A stretch of DNA of 64,000 nucleotides from an uncultured Candidatus Actinomarina sp. (GCA_902604835.1 CACKZW010000006.1:1359-65358); one strand, 5' to 3'; positions 19,406-30,819 are shown, numbered from the stretch's first letter. Translations and numbers: made by a program. Notes: generated by a model not told the origin, from the sequence alone.

Positions 19406-20674
19406 ATGTCAAATAACCTTAATGAGACTGTTAAGCCAATCAATGACGTAAACCTTCCCGAAAATATTAATCCGGAAGACTTTCCTATGTTATTAGAACA
19501 AACATTGGTATCTTTTAAAAATGGTGACGTAATTGAGGGTACAGTTGTCAGAATTGACAGAAATGAAGTTATGGTTGATGTTGGTTACAAATCTGAGGGA
19601 GTCATACCGTCCAGAGAACTATCAGTTAGAAAGTCAGTAAATCCAAATGAAGTTTTTAAAGTTGGAGATAAAGTTCAAGCCTTAGTTTTAGAAAAAGAAG
19701 ATGATGAAGGACGACTTATTCTCTCTGTAAAAAGAGCTCTATATGAAAAGGCCTGGGGAGATATACAAACTATTTTAGATAATAATAAATCTGTTAAAGG
19801 AACAGTCATTGAATCAGTTAAAGGTGGTCTTATTGTCGATATTGGTGTGAGAGGTTTTTTACCAGCATCATTAATTGACGTGAGAAGAGTTAAAGAACTT
19901 AGTTCCTATGTTGGTGAAGAAGTGGAAGCTAAAATCTTAGAATTAGATAAGCAAAGAAACAATATTGTTTTATCTAGAAAAGCCCATCTTGAGGAAGAAT
20001 TATCTGAAGAACGCCAAGGATTTTTAGGAGATTTACAAGTTGGAGATATTAAAGATGGAAAAATTTCTTCAATTGTAAACTTTGGTGCCTTTGTAGACAT
20101 TGGTGGCATGGATGGATTGGTACATGTTTCTGAGCTTTCATGGAGACATGTTGAAAATCCAAATGAAATTGTAAAAGTCGGCGACTCTGTAACCATAAAG
20201 GTTTTAGAAATAGATAATGACAAAGAAAGAATATCATTATCTATTAAGCAAGTCACAGAAGATCCATGGTTAGATTTTGAATTAAACTTTAATGAAGGTG
20301 ATGTTGTAGATGGTGAGGTAACAAAGGTTGTACCTTTTGGTGCATTTGTAACTATTGGAAAAGGCGTTGAGGGACTTGTTCATGTATCTGAAATTTCAGT
20401 TGATAAAATTGATTCACCAGAACTAGCTCTTGTTATTGGCCAAAGTGTAAAAATTAAAATATTAGAACTAGATATCCCAAAGAGAAGAGTTAATTTATCT
20501 ATAAAACAAGCTGATCCAAATTGGGAAGCAAAAGAAGAAGAAAAAAACAAGCCTAAAACCCACTCTACACAATCAGAAGACAAACCTGCTGAAAGACAAA
20601 CAGTTGAAGGCGTGGATGAATCTCTGGAAAATATTTTACAAGAACTCAAAGAAAGAGGAATTGGAAGTAACTAA
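19406..20674 (+). CDS. rpsA: 30S ribosomal protein S1 (four S1 domains)
   Basis: Repeated S1 motifs (GDVIEGTVVRI, VKGTVIESVKGGLIVDIG, KDGKISSIVNFGAFVDIGG, VDGEVTKVVPFGAFVTIG). The ORF opens at TTG 19388. The in-frame ATG at 19406 is taken as the start. polA-rpsA-coaE order as in Actinobacteria. Confidence 0.95.
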   Translation: MSNNLNETVKPINDVNLPENINPEDFPMLLEQTLVSFKNGDVIEGTVVRIDRNEVMVDVGYKSEGVIPSRELSVRKSVNPNEVFKVGDKVQALVLEKEDDEGRLILSVKRALYEKAWGDIQTILDNNKSVKGTVIESVKGGLIVDIGVRGFLPASLIDVRRVKELSSYVGEEVEAKILELDKQRNNIVLSRKAHLEEELSEERQGFLGDLQVGDIKDGKISSIVNFGAFVDIGGMDGLVHVSELSWRHVENPNEIVKVGDSVTIKVLEIDNDKERISLSIKQVTEDPWLDFELNFNEGDVVDGEVTKVVPFGAFVTIGKGVEGLVHVSEISVDKIDSPELALVIGQSVKIKILELDIPKRRVNLSIKQADPNWEAKEEEKNKPKTHSTQSEDKPAERQTVEGVDESLENILQELKERGIGSN

Positions 20675-20714
20675 CAATTCAAGTTAAATTCTAATTTTCC
20701 TTAATCTTATATAT

Positions 20715-21269
20715 ATGTATAAAAATGGAATTATATTAACGGGGCCAATTGGTTCAGGAAAATCTGAAGCTTTATCAATAGTTTCTAGGTTAGGATACGA
20801 AACAGTTGATTTAGATATTATTTCAAACAACATATTAAATAGCGAAGATTCGATTGACTTTTTAAAGACAAATTTCTTAGATTGCCTAGAAAACGATAAA
20901 GTAGTCAGAGCTAAATTAGCAAATATTGTTTTTCAAGACAAAGAAAAATTACAATTGTTAGAAAAGTATTTACATCCTAAAGTTCAATCTCAATTGGAAG
21001 ATATATTGAGTAACAATGACCAATTAACATTCATTGAAGTATCAGCACCTAAAAACGTAATAGATATGTTTAAGACAATAGTTTTATGGAGTCCTGAAAA
21101 GGTAAGAATTGAACGATTAATTGATAGAGGAATGGATTTAGAAGATATTATAAATAGGATAAACAACCAACCAGATGATGAATGGTGGCACTCAATAGGT
21201 ACAGTAATTAATAATGACGTCAAAGAAGATTTAGAAGGTGAACTTAAAAAAGTAATAGAATCTTTGTAA
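20715..21269 (+). CDS. coaE: Dephospho-CoA kinase
   Basis: 184 aa. P-loop [13 protein letters not shown]. Position between rpsA and uvrB as in Actinobacteria. Kinase domain only. Confidence 0.85.
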   Translation: MYKNGIILTGPIGSGKSEALSIVSRLGYETVDLDIISNNILNSEDSIDFLKTNFLDCLENDKVVRAKLANIVFQDKEKLQLLEKYLHPKVQSQLEDILSNNDQLTFIEVSAPKNVIDMFKTIVLWSPEKVRIERLIDRGMDLEDIINRINNQPDDEWWHSIGTVINNDVKEDLEGELKKVIESL

Positions 21270-23266
21270 TGAATAAATTTAAAGTGATCTCAGAATTTAC
21301 TCCAAAGGGAGATCAACCTGCTGCAATTAAAAAGTTAAAAAATGGGATTGACAGTAATATTGATTTTCAAACATTAATGGGAATTACTGGTTCAGGTAAA
21401 TCTGCAACAATAGCTTGGCTTATAGAGGAAGTTCAAAAACCTACTTTGGTACTTGCTCCAAATAAAGCTCTTGCAGCTCAATTAGCAAATGAGTTCAAAC
21501 AATTTTTTCCAGAAAATAGAGTTGAATATTTTGTTTCTTACTACGATTATTACCAGCCAGAAGCATACGTTCCAAGAACCGATACTTTCATAGAAAAAGA
21601 TGCAAATATAAATGAAGAAATCGACAGATTAAGACATTCAGCAACAAGTGCTTTACTATTAAGGGACGATGTCATTGTAGTTTCATCTGTTTCTTGCATA
21701 TACGGTCTTGGCTCTCCCAAAGAATACAAAAATAAAATTATTCCAATTATTCAAGGTAAAGAATTTGATTTAGATGATTTGATTGGTCAGTTAGTAAAAC
21801 AGCAGTACATTAGAAATGATTTAGTTGTAACTCGAGGTACGTTTAGATTAAAGGGTGACACATTAGATATATTTCCTGTTTATGAAGAAACTATTTTTAG
21901 AATTGAATTTTTTGGGGATGAAATAGAAAAAATATCTAGAATTGATCCAGTTACAGGTGAGATATTAGAAAAATTAACTGAGTTAGCTATATTTCCTGCA
22001 TCTCATTATGTAACTTCTGATGAAGAAAGAAAAAATGCATTAAAGGAAATTGAAAATGATTTGGCAAAACAAATTTCAAAGTTTGAAAAAGACAATAAAT
22101 TACTTGAAGCACAACGTATAAAACAAAGAACAATGTTTGATTTAGAAATGTTAGGTGAACTTGGTGTTTGTTCAGGTATAGAAAACTACTCTAGATATTT
22201 TGATGGTAGAAAGCCAGGGGAGGCACCTTATACATTAATTGATTTTTTTCCAGATGATTTTCTAATGGTTGTTGATGAAAGCCATATTGCTATACCTCAA
22301 ATTAGAGGACAATATGAAGGGGATAAGTCAAGAAAATCTACTCTTGTGGATTATGGATTCAGATTGCCAGCTGCCCTTGACAATCGTCCATTAAAATTTG
22401 ATGAGTGGAGAAATAAAGTAAATAAAACTATTCTTGTATCCGCAACTCCAGGTAAATGGGAAAATGAAAATTCAGAAATTTTTATTGAACAAGTTATCCG
22501 ACCTACTGGTTTATTAGATCCAAATATAGATGTCAGACCTACTAAAGATCAAATTCAAGATTTATTAAGTGAAATTAAATCTGTAATAAATAACGGGAAT
22601 AGGGTTCTTGTTACAACTTTAACAAAAAAAATGAGTGAAGCTTTAAGTGATTATTTTTTGAAAATGGGAATAAAAACACGTTATCTTCATTCAGATATTG
22701 ACACTCTGGAAAGAATTGAAATTCTAAGAGATCTAAGAAAAGGAGAATTCGATGTTCTTGTAGGTATAAATTTATTAAGAGAGGGACTTGACTTACCAGA
22801 AGTTCAATTAGTTGCAATTATGGATGCTGATAAAGAAGGTTTTTTAAGATCTGAAACAAGCTTAATTCAAACAATTGGTCGGGCAGCTAGAAACAAAGAT
22901 GGTTATGTAATAATGTATGCCGATAAAATTACAGACTCTATTACAAAAGCAGTTGGAGAAACAAAAAGAAGAAGAGAGATCCAAGATAAACATAATAAAA
23001 AATATGATATAAATCCTGAGACTATCAAGAAAGAAATAACTGATATTCTTGAAATCGTTGAAAGGAACAGACCTTCAAAAGACGATATTCTGTTTAGATC
23101 AAATTTGAATTTGAAAAATGCATCTAAAGATGATTTATATAAAATATCAAAAGATATTGAAAAAGAGATGAAAGTTGCAGCTGATTTATTGGAGTTTGAA
23201 GTTGCTGCTAGATTAAGGGACGAACTTAAAGAGATAAAAAAAGAAATTATGGAGCTCCCTAGCTAA
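21269..23266 (+). CDS. uvrB: Excinuclease ABC subunit B
   Basis: 665 aa. [12 protein letters not shown], Walker A GITGSGKS, helicase motifs (DESH), C-terminal UVR domain ([16 protein letters not shown]). The start shares one base with the coaE stop (TAATG). Confidence 0.97.
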   Translation: MNKFKVISEFTPKGDQPAAIKKLKNGIDSNIDFQTLMGITGSGKSATIAWLIEEVQKPTLVLAPNKALAAQLANEFKQFFPENRVEYFVSYYDYYQPEAYVPRTDTFIEKDANINEEIDRLRHSATSALLLRDDVIVVSSVSCIYGLGSPKEYKNKIIPIIQGKEFDLDDLIGQLVKQQYIRNDLVVTRGTFRLKGDTLDIFPVYEETIFRIEFFGDEIEKISRIDPVTGEILEKLTELAIFPASHYVTSDEERKNALKEIENDLAKQISKFEKDNKLLEAQRIKQRTMFDLEMLGELGVCSGIENYSRYFDGRKPGEAPYTLIDFFPDDFLMVVDESHIAIPQIRGQYEGDKSRKSTLVDYGFRLPAALDNRPLKFDEWRNKVNKTILVSATPGKWENENSEIFIEQVIRPTGLLDPNIDVRPTKDQIQDLLSEIKSVINNGNRVLVTTLTKKMSEALSDYFLKMGIKTRYLHSDIDTLERIEILRDLRKGEFDVLVGINLLREGLDLPEVQLVAIMDADKEGFLRSETSLIQTIGRAARNKDGYVIMYADKITDSITKAVGETKRRREIQDKHNKKYDINPETIKKEITDILEIVERNRPSKDDILFRSNLNLKNASKDDLYKISKDIEKEMKVAADLLEFEVAARLRDELKEIKKEIMELPS

Positions 23267-26076
23267 TGGTAAATGATTATTTAAAGGTTAAAGGCGCAAA
23301 AGAGCATAACTTAAAAGATATCAGTATTGATATTCCAAAAAATCAATTAGTAGTAATTACCGGCCTGTCAGGTTCTGGCAAATCTTCTCTCGCTTTTGAT
23401 ACTATTTATGCTGAAGGTCAGAGAAGATATGTTGAAAGCTTATCTGCTTATGCACGTCAATTTCTTGGGCAAATGGAGAAACCAAATGTTGAACAAATTG
23501 AGGGTCTCTCACCTGCTATAGCTATTGACCAAAAAACCTCATCAAGAAGCCCTCGTTCTACGGTAGGCACTGTCACAGAAATACACGATTATTTACGTCT
23601 ACTTTGGGCAAGAATAGGTATCAGCTACTGCCCAAACTGCGGTTCTAAAATAGAAAAACAATCTACTGATTTTATAGTAAATCAAATATTAGAAATTGGT
23701 GAGGACATATATGTTGAAATTCTTGCACCAATTGTTAAATCAAGAAAAGGAGAGTTCGAAACCTTATTTAAAGATCTGTTAAAACAAGGCTTTAGTAGAG
23801 CTTATATTGATGGGGAGCTGGTCAGATTAGATGAAGCAAAACGGCTGGATAGATACTTCAATCACAATATCTCAGTAGTTGTAGATAGAGTAAAAATTAA
23901 AAAAACTGGTGGAAGAAGACTTCCACAATCTGTTGAGGCAGCTATTAACTTAACAAGCGGATTAGTTGATATTAAGATTGACGAGGATATAAAGTCATTT
24001 AGTCAAAATCTTGGTTGTAAACAATGTGGTACTTCTTATGGCAAACTAGAGCCAAGAGATTTTTCATTTAATTCTCCATTTGGGGCATGTGAAAGGTGTA
24101 ATGGTATTGGTATAAACTACGAAATTGATGAAAATCTATTAGTAAAGGACGAAATTCAATCTATTGATGAAAATGTCTTTCCGGAAATGTCTAAAAGAAA
24201 ATATTTTCGTGCACAGATTTATGGGGTTTGTGAATATTTTGATATACCAAGAAATATTCCATATAAAGATTTATCTGATAACGATAAATTTATTCTCCTT
24301 TTCGGATCAGATGGAATAAAAACTCCAATCAGATATACAAATCGATTTGGAAATTCCAGAACTTGGGAAAGAGAATTTCCTGGAGTTATACCATTATTTA
24401 AGAAAATTTACGAAGAGACGGAATCTGATCACAGAAGAGAATATTATATGCAATTTATGAGAGAATTGCCATGCACTGATTGTGATGGTGAAAGGTTAAA
24501 TCCAAGATCAAGAAATGTAAAAGTAAAATCACTTACACTTGGTGATTTTAATAAATTATCTATTAACAAAGCCAGTAAGGTGATTCAAAATTTAAAACTA
24601 ACTGGTAACGAAAAAGAAATTGCTGAAACAATTTTAAGAGAAATTAATGAAAGATTACTTTTTTTGAATGAAGTTGGACTTACTTACTTACAGTTAAATA
24701 GAGGTGCTGCAACTCTATCAGGAGGTGAAGCACAAAGAATTAGATTAGCTACACAAATAGGTTCTGGATTAACTGGAGTACTCTATGTTTTAGATGAACC
24801 ATCGATTGGTCTACATCAATCTGATAACAAAAAATTAATCGAAACATTGTTAAGATTGAAAAATTTAGGAAATACTGTACTTGTCGTTGAACACGACGAA
24901 GAAACAATGAGAAGTTCTGATTTCATAATTGATATTGGCTGGGGAGCAGGAGAAGAAGGTGGAAATATAGTTGCTGCTGGTGATTTTGAAACTGTATCAA
25001 AGAATAAAAAATCAATTACTGGCCAATATTTATCTGGAAAACAAAAAGTACCATACCCAAAAGTTAGAAGAAAAGGAAATAATGAAAAAATTGTTGTAAG
25101 AGGAGCAAAAGAAAATAATTTAAAGAATCTTACTGCTGAATTTCCTCTTGGGAAATTTATATCAGTTACAGGAGTATCAGGGAGTGGAAAGTCAACATTG
25201 GTATCAGAAATATTGTCTAAGGCAATACAAAATGAGTTTTCCCGAAAAAATTGGAGTCCACCTGGTGTCCATAAAAGTGTGAGTGGATTAAATTACATTG
25301 ACAAATTAATTGAGATCGATCAATCACCTATAGGCAGGACTCCAAGATCAAATCCTGCAACTTATTCTGGTGTTTTTGACATGATACGTTCTCTTTATTC
25401 TCAAACAGAAGAAGCTAAGATCCGTGGTTATAAGCCTGGAAGATTTTCTTTCAATGTACCAGGAGGAAGGTGTGAAGTTTGCAGAGGTGATGGAACAATA
25501 AAAGTAGAGATGTATTTTTTACCTGATGTTTATGTGATGTGTGAGGATTGTAAAGGTTCAAGGTATAACAACGAGACATTAAATATACGATGGAAAGGCA
25601 ATACAATTTCCGACATACTAAATTCTACAGTTGAAAATTCTCTTAAAATATTTGAAAATCAACCTCAGATTTCAAGAATAATAAAAACATTAGATGATGT
25701 TGGCTTATCTTACATAACACTTGGTCAATCAGCCACAACTCTATCAGGAGGGGAAGCTCAAAGAGTGAAACTCGCAAAAGAGTTGAGCAAAAGATCAACA
25801 GGTAGAACAATGTATATACTGGATGAACCAACAACGGGTCTACATTTTGCAGATGTTCAAAAGTTATTAGAAGTTCTACACATGCTTGTTGACAAAGGAA
25901 ATACTGTACTTGTTATCGAACATAATCTTGATGTGATAAAAAATTCAGATTGGGTTATAGATCTCGGACCAGAAGGAGGAGAAAATGGAGGAAAAATTAT
26001 CTCAGAAGGAACTCCAGAAAGTTTAGCATCAGATAAAACTTCTTTGACAGGATATCATTTAAAATCAGTTTTGTAA
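23266..26076 (+). CDS. uvrA: Excinuclease ABC subunit A
   Basis: 936 aa. GAKEHNLKDISIDIPKNQLVVITGLSGSGKSSLAFDTIYAEGQRRYVESLSAYARQF, two ABC modules (LSGGEAQR twice), zinc-finger CxxC pairs. TAATG junction with uvrB. Confidence 0.97.
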   Translation: MVNDYLKVKGAKEHNLKDISIDIPKNQLVVITGLSGSGKSSLAFDTIYAEGQRRYVESLSAYARQFLGQMEKPNVEQIEGLSPAIAIDQKTSSRSPRSTVGTVTEIHDYLRLLWARIGISYCPNCGSKIEKQSTDFIVNQILEIGEDIYVEILAPIVKSRKGEFETLFKDLLKQGFSRAYIDGELVRLDEAKRLDRYFNHNISVVVDRVKIKKTGGRRLPQSVEAAINLTSGLVDIKIDEDIKSFSQNLGCKQCGTSYGKLEPRDFSFNSPFGACERCNGIGINYEIDENLLVKDEIQSIDENVFPEMSKRKYFRAQIYGVCEYFDIPRNIPYKDLSDNDKFILLFGSDGIKTPIRYTNRFGNSRTWEREFPGVIPLFKKIYEETESDHRREYYMQFMRELPCTDCDGERLNPRSRNVKVKSLTLGDFNKLSINKASKVIQNLKLTGNEKEIAETILREINERLLFLNEVGLTYLQLNRGAATLSGGEAQRIRLATQIGSGLTGVLYVLDEPSIGLHQSDNKKLIETLLRLKNLGNTVLVVEHDEETMRSSDFIIDIGWGAGEEGGNIVAAGDFETVSKNKKSITGQYLSGKQKVPYPKVRRKGNNEKIVVRGAKENNLKNLTAEFPLGKFISVTGVSGSGKSTLVSEILSKAIQNEFSRKNWSPPGVHKSVSGLNYIDKLIEIDQSPIGRTPRSNPATYSGVFDMIRSLYSQTEEAKIRGYKPGRFSFNVPGGRCEVCRGDGTIKVEMYFLPDVYVMCEDCKGSRYNNETLNIRWKGNTISDILNSTVENSLKIFENQPQISRIIKTLDDVGLSYITLGQSATTLSGGEAQRVKLAKELSKRSTGRTMYILDEPTTGLHFADVQKLLEVLHMLVDKGNTVLVIEHNLDVIKNSDWVIDLGPEGGENGGKIISEGTPESLASDKTSLTGYHLKSVL

Positions 26077-27887
26077 TGGAAAAAATAGAAATAAAAGAAA
26101 TTCCAACAAGTCCTGGTATTTATATCTTTAAAGATGAATACGAGGAACCATTGTATGTTGGAAAAGCTAAGAACTTGAGAAAACGTGTACCTTCATATTT
26201 TAGAGATAGATCCTCATGGAAAGTAAAGAGGCTTGTTGCAGAGTCTGAGAACATAAGCTTTGTTGTTTCAAAAAATGAAGCAGATGCTTTATTAGCTGAA
26301 TATTCTTTTATTCAACAATATAAACCTAAATACAATGTTCAATTTAAGGATGACAAGTCTTATCCATATGTTACCTTATCAAATGAAGAATGGCCAAGAG
26401 CATATATTTCCAGAAGAATTAGTCAAAAAAATAAAAACTTTGGCCCCTTTCCATTTATAGGATCAGCACGAAGATCACTTGATCATTTAATTAATATTTT
26501 TCCAGTAAGAACTTGTTCAAAAAATGTTTTCGAAAGACACCAAAAATTAGGTAAAGCCTGTCTTTTATATGATATTGATAAATGTGCAGGACCCTGTATT
26601 GATGCAATTAGTAGAGATGAATATGTTGATTTAATTTCAAAACTTGAAAATTTTTATTCTGGAAAGTCTGATCAATATATTGATGAAAAAATAAATGAAA
26701 TGATGAAATTTTCAGAAAACCAAGAATATGAAAAGGCACAACAAGCAAAAAGCATTATTACTCATCTTGAAAATGCTAGGACAACACAGACATTAATGGT
26801 TGCAGATAAAAAATCTGTAGATGTTGTAGGAATCGATATTAGTAATTTTGATGTAGTTATTTCTTGCCTGCTGATAAGAAATGGAAGAATAATTGGTGAA
26901 GTTAAGAAAACACTAGAACCAATTGATACAGAGCAATATGAAGAGTACCTACCACAGATAATACTTTCAATTTTTTCAGAAAATCAACCATCAGATGAAA
27001 TATTAGTAAGTCACAATTTCCCCTATTTTGAGACTGTTCAAAAAAGTCTATCTGAGAAATGGGATAAAGATATTCAATTAAAAACACCAGTCAAGGGCTG
27101 GAAAAAAGACTTATTAGAAACAGCTATTTTAGATGCTAAAGAAATACGAAGGGTAGTCAATTTTAGACGAAGAACAGATTTAGAATTTCGATCACAGTCA
27201 TTAGAACAATTAAAAAATAATTTAGATCTTAAAAATATTCCTTATCGTATAGAAGCATTTGATATTTCAAATCTTGGAGCTGAGTATAGAGCGGGTTCAA
27301 TGGTGGTCATGGATGATGGTATTTGTAAACCATCAATGTATAGAAAATTTCATATAAAATCTTTTTCGGGACAAGACGATTATAAATCAATGGAAGAAGT
27401 AATTTTTAGAAGACTCAAAAGACTTTCAAAAGTAGATGAGAAAGATAAAAGCTTCAAGAGGAAACCGGATCTAATTTTAATTGATGGTGGCAAAGGCCAA
27501 TTATCTTCAGCAAAAAGTGTAGTTGATCATTTTGAGTTAGACATTGAAATAATTGGTTTGGCCAAAAAATTTGAAGAGGTTTTTAAACCTAATCGTAAAG
27601 AACCTTTTATTCTTGATAAAAGTTCTGAAGCCATGTTTTTACTTCAAAACATAAGAGATGAAGCACACAGATTTGCAATATCTGAAAATAGAAGATTAAG
27701 AATTAAAAATTTTGATGATCAAACCTTACTAAGTATTAAAGGAGTTGGTAACAAGTCTTCTGAAATATTATTAGAAAAATTTAAGGATGTTTCTAGACTT
27801 TCAAAAGCTACGTTTGAGGAGCTCAATGAAGTTGTATCTGATAATATAGCTAAAAAAGTTTATTCTTATTTCAATGGGGATTTTTAA
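26076..27887 (+). CDS. uvrC: Excinuclease ABC subunit C
   Basis: 603 aa. GIY-YIG N-terminus (PGIYIFKD...LYVGKAKNLRKRV), UVR domain, RNase H-like endonuclease domain, C-terminal (HhH)2. TAATG junction with uvrA. Confidence 0.95.
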   Translation: MEKIEIKEIPTSPGIYIFKDEYEEPLYVGKAKNLRKRVPSYFRDRSSWKVKRLVAESENISFVVSKNEADALLAEYSFIQQYKPKYNVQFKDDKSYPYVTLSNEEWPRAYISRRISQKNKNFGPFPFIGSARRSLDHLINIFPVRTCSKNVFERHQKLGKACLLYDIDKCAGPCIDAISRDEYVDLISKLENFYSGKSDQYIDEKINEMMKFSENQEYEKAQQAKSIITHLENARTTQTLMVADKKSVDVVGIDISNFDVVISCLLIRNGRIIGEVKKTLEPIDTEQYEEYLPQIILSIFSENQPSDEILVSHNFPYFETVQKSLSEKWDKDIQLKTPVKGWKKDLLETAILDAKEIRRVVNFRRRTDLEFRSQSLEQLKNNLDLKNIPYRIEAFDISNLGAEYRAGSMVVMDDGICKPSMYRKFHIKSFSGQDDYKSMEEVIFRRLKRLSKVDEKDKSFKRKPDLILIDGGKGQLSSAKSVVDHFELDIEIIGLAKKFEEVFKPNRKEPFILDKSSEAMFLLQNIRDEAHRFAISENRRLRIKNFDDQTLLSIKGVGNKSSEILLEKFKDVSRLSKATFEELNEVVSDNIAKKVYSYFNGDF

Positions 27888-27957
27888 GTTAGATATCATA
27901 CAATAAGAAAATTTTTCCATGTAAATACATCACAATTAGAATATCATTAGGTTAACT

Positions 27958-28824
27958 ATGGTATCTAAACGCCCAGAAGTATTATTACTTGTAGGAATGT
28001 CAGGAGCTGGTCGCTCCGCAAGTGCTAATGTATTTGAAGACCTTGGGTATTATGTCATTGAAAATTTACCAACTAATTTAATTCAATCAGTAGTTGAGTC
28101 CAATGACGTTGCTGAAACAAACAAACAGTTAGTACTTACTGTTGATGGTAGAGAAACTTCCGCTCAGAGTGAGTTAACAAAAAGTCTTGATAGGCTAAGT
28201 CAATCAGGTGTTCTTACTAGAGTTATATTTTTAGATGCGGACAATGACTCACTCATAGAAAGGTATGAAGAGAATAGAAGGCCACATCCTATGGGAAAGG
28301 ATTCTCTAGACCAGTCCGTTAAAAATGAAAGAGAATTATTAAAGCCTATAAGAGAATTAGCAGATCTTGTAATAGATACATCAGACATGAATGTACATGA
28401 TTTAAGAAAAAGAATTATTGAGGGTTTTCAAGGAACAGCAAGCAAACAAGATTTAAAAATTTCTGTCACTTCATTTGGATTTAAAAATGGATCTCCAAGA
28501 GATGCCGATTTGGTATTGGATGTTAGGTTTTTACCTAACCCCCATTGGCGAGATGAACTTAGAGATTCCACAGGTCAAGCTCCAATGGTAAGAAATTATG
28601 TGCTTTCTTTTGAAGATGCACAGATATTTCTTGAAAAAACAAAAGATATGATTGATTTTCTTTTGCCAAGGTTTACCTCAGAAGGAAAATCATATGTTGG
28701 GATTGCAATCGGTTGTACTGGCGGGAAACACAGAAGTGTAGTTATGACTGAAGAAATTGGGAAATGGTTAAAATCCGATGGTAAAGATGCAGTCATTATT
28801 CATAGAGATATGAAAGAAAATTAA
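27958..28824 (+). CDS. rapZ: RapZ/YvcJ RNase adapter, P-loop NTPase
   Basis: 288 aa. Walker A GMSGAGRSA, VIENLP, C-terminal IAIGCTGGKHRSV. Follows uvrC as in Gram-positives. Confidence 0.9.
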   Translation: MVSKRPEVLLLVGMSGAGRSASANVFEDLGYYVIENLPTNLIQSVVESNDVAETNKQLVLTVDGRETSAQSELTKSLDRLSQSGVLTRVIFLDADNDSLIERYEENRRPHPMGKDSLDQSVKNERELLKPIRELADLVIDTSDMNVHDLRKRIIEGFQGTASKQDLKISVTSFGFKNGSPRDADLVLDVRFLPNPHWRDELRDSTGQAPMVRNYVLSFEDAQIFLEKTKDMIDFLLPRFTSEGKSYVGIAIGCTGGKHRSVVMTEEIGKWLKSDGKDAVIIHRDMKEN

Positions 28825-28879
28825 TCTTTAAATTTTGACAATACTTTTTTGACATAATTTATAAAAAAAGGATTTTAAG

Positions 28880-30052
28880 TTGATAATTAATGCAGTAAGT
28901 GATGAAAAATATCTTGGAGATGTCCTTGTCAGATCAGATTTGAATGTACCGATGGTAAATAATGAAATTAGTGATGATTTTAGAATTTCTAAATCTCTTG
29001 AAATTATTGATAAGATTTATGATTATTCTCGTTCTATCACATTTGTTAGTCATTTAGGTAGGCCAAAGGGTAATGATTTGTATAATTCATTAAGACCAAT
29101 AGCTGAAAATATGTCAAAAAAACTTAAAAACGAAAAAGTACATTTTATAAAAAGTATTTATGGTGATGATGTGAAAAAATCTATAAAAAATCTTAATTCA
29201 AAGATATTTCTTCTAGAAAACTTAAGATTCGATGAAGGTGAAATGAAAAATGATATTGAATTTTCAAAATTAGTAACGAGCCCATTTGAAACCTATATTT
29301 TTGACGCATTTGGTGCTTCACATCGTCAACATGCGTCTGTAGTAAGTTTTGGCAATTTTCTTAATTCTTATCAAGGGCCATTAATGAATAAAGAAATTTC
29401 AGAACTTGACAAGTTATTAAATAATGAAGAATCTGGTTATTCTGTTTTGTTGGGTGGAGCAAAAATTTCAGATAAATTGGGTATAATCGATAAACTTTTA
29501 CCAAAAGTTGAACATCTAATGATTGGAGGGGGAATGTGTTTTACTTTTCTTAAAGCAATGGATTATGAAATTGGAAAATCTCTTGTTGATAATTCATTTA
29601 TTTCAAAAGCAAAAGATTTAATCAATTCAAAATATGGAAAAAAGATTGTCTTACCTACAGATTTTGGAGTTACTGAATCTATTGAAAGCAATATTAGACG
29701 TGAAATAAATAGTAATAATTTTTCTAAAAGTCAGATAGGTATTGATATTGGACCAGATACAATTACTAAATTTTCTGAAATTATATCCTCATCTAAAAAT
29801 TTATTTTGGAATGGACCTATGGGTATTTTTGAACATGATCAATTTAGTCATGGAACAAAGGCAATTACTCAAGCAATAGCTAAAGCAGATGGATATACCT
29901 CTGTTGGAGGGGGAGATTCGGTGAGTGCTATAAAAAAATTTTCAAATCTAGATAACTTTAATCATGTTTCTACTGGTGGCGGGGCATCTCTAGAGTACTT
30001 AGACGGTAAAAATTTACCTGGAGTAAACATTTACAAACCACTTATAATTTGA
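28880..30052 (+). CDS. pgk: Phosphoglycerate kinase
   Basis: 390 aa, TTG start preceded by AAAGGA. Motifs RSDLNVP, SHLGRPKG, FDAFGASHR, GGGDS, STGGGASLEYL. Confidence 0.95.
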   Translation: MIINAVSDEKYLGDVLVRSDLNVPMVNNEISDDFRISKSLEIIDKIYDYSRSITFVSHLGRPKGNDLYNSLRPIAENMSKKLKNEKVHFIKSIYGDDVKKSIKNLNSKIFLLENLRFDEGEMKNDIEFSKLVTSPFETYIFDAFGASHRQHASVVSFGNFLNSYQGPLMNKEISELDKLLNNEESGYSVLLGGAKISDKLGIIDKLLPKVEHLMIGGGMCFTFLKAMDYEIGKSLVDNSFISKAKDLINSKYGKKIVLPTDFGVTESIESNIRREINSNNFSKSQIGIDIGPDTITKFSEIISSSKNLFWNGPMGIFEHDQFSHGTKAITQAIAKADGYTSVGGGDSVSAIKKFSNLDNFNHVSTGGGASLEYLDGKNLPGVNIYKPLII

Positions 30053-30054
30053 TA

Positions 30055-30819
30055 ATGAAAAAAATAATTATTGGAAACTGGAAACTTAACTTAGATCATT
30101 TAGAAGCTATCCAACTTTTTCAAAAATTAAATTACTCGTTAAATACTGATATAGACGAAAAAATCTCAATTGTTGTAGCACCATCTCACACCTCTTTAAG
30201 ATCTATTCAAACGATAATAGATGCTGATAAATTAAATATATTTTTATCATCGCAAGATGTATCAATGTTTAATGATGGAGCATATACAGGTGAAGTCTCC
30301 TCACATCAGTTAGCTAAATTAAATATTTCCTATTGTATTGTTGGTCATTCGGAAAGAAGACAACATTTTAATGAAACAGATGAATTCGTAAATGTAAAAG
30401 TAAACAATTTAATAAATAAAGAAATTACTCCCATTATTTGTTTTGGTGAAAGTAATGACCAAAGGACTGATGGGAACTATATGGATTTTTTAATTAATCA
30501 GATCGAAAATTCAACAAAAGGGTTAAGAAAAGATAAAGTAGGTGAAATAATATTTGCTTATGAGCCGATATGGGCAATCGGAACGGGTCAGAATGCATCT
30601 CTTCAAGATATTGTAGAAGTAATTTCTAAAGTAAAAGAATTTATATCTAAAAAATCATTTTTTAATGAAGAAAAAATTAAATTTATATATGGTGGCTCTG
30701 TTTCTCCTAATAATTCTTACGAGATATTAAATTCAAAAATTATTGATGGTGCTCTTGTTGGAGGTGCTTCACTTGATGTAGATAAATTTATAAAAATAAT
30801 TGAATCTGTAGATTTATGA
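30055..30819 (+). CDS. tpiA: Triosephosphate isomerase
   Basis: Motifs GNWKLN, VGHSERR, AYEPIWAIGTG, YGGSV. The ORF opens at TTG 30049, overlapping the pgk stop. ATG 30055 (MKKIIIGNWK) is taken as the start. Confidence 0.95.
   Translation: MKKIIIGNWKLNLDHLEAIQLFQKLNYSLNTDIDEKISIVVAPSHTSLRSIQTIIDADKLNIFLSSQDVSMFNDGAYTGEVSSHQLAKLNISYCIVGHSERRQHFNETDEFVNVKVNNLINKEITPIICFGESNDQRTDGNYMDFLINQIENSTKGLRKDKVGEIIFAYEPIWAIGTGQNASLQDIVEVISKVKEFISKKSFFNEEKIKFIYGGSVSPNNSYEILNSKIIDGALVGGASLDVDKFIKIIESVDL

Noticed and set aside
19906-20649. Minus-strand ORFs (116, 62 and 89 aa) inside rpsA. Similar ones occur inside the binding-protein gene (58526-58771, 59241-59528).
   Set aside because: They are antisense shadows within confidently identified, relatively G+C-rich genes, with no independent signals.
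28835-28879. Two tandem TTGACA hexamers (28835-28840 and 28849-28854) upstream of pgk, considered as a strong promoter.
   Set aside because: I found no convincing -10 hexamer at a 16-18-nt spacing from either copy. The best candidate, TATAAA at 28860-28865, needs a 19-nt spacer. I noted the hexamers but did not call a feature.
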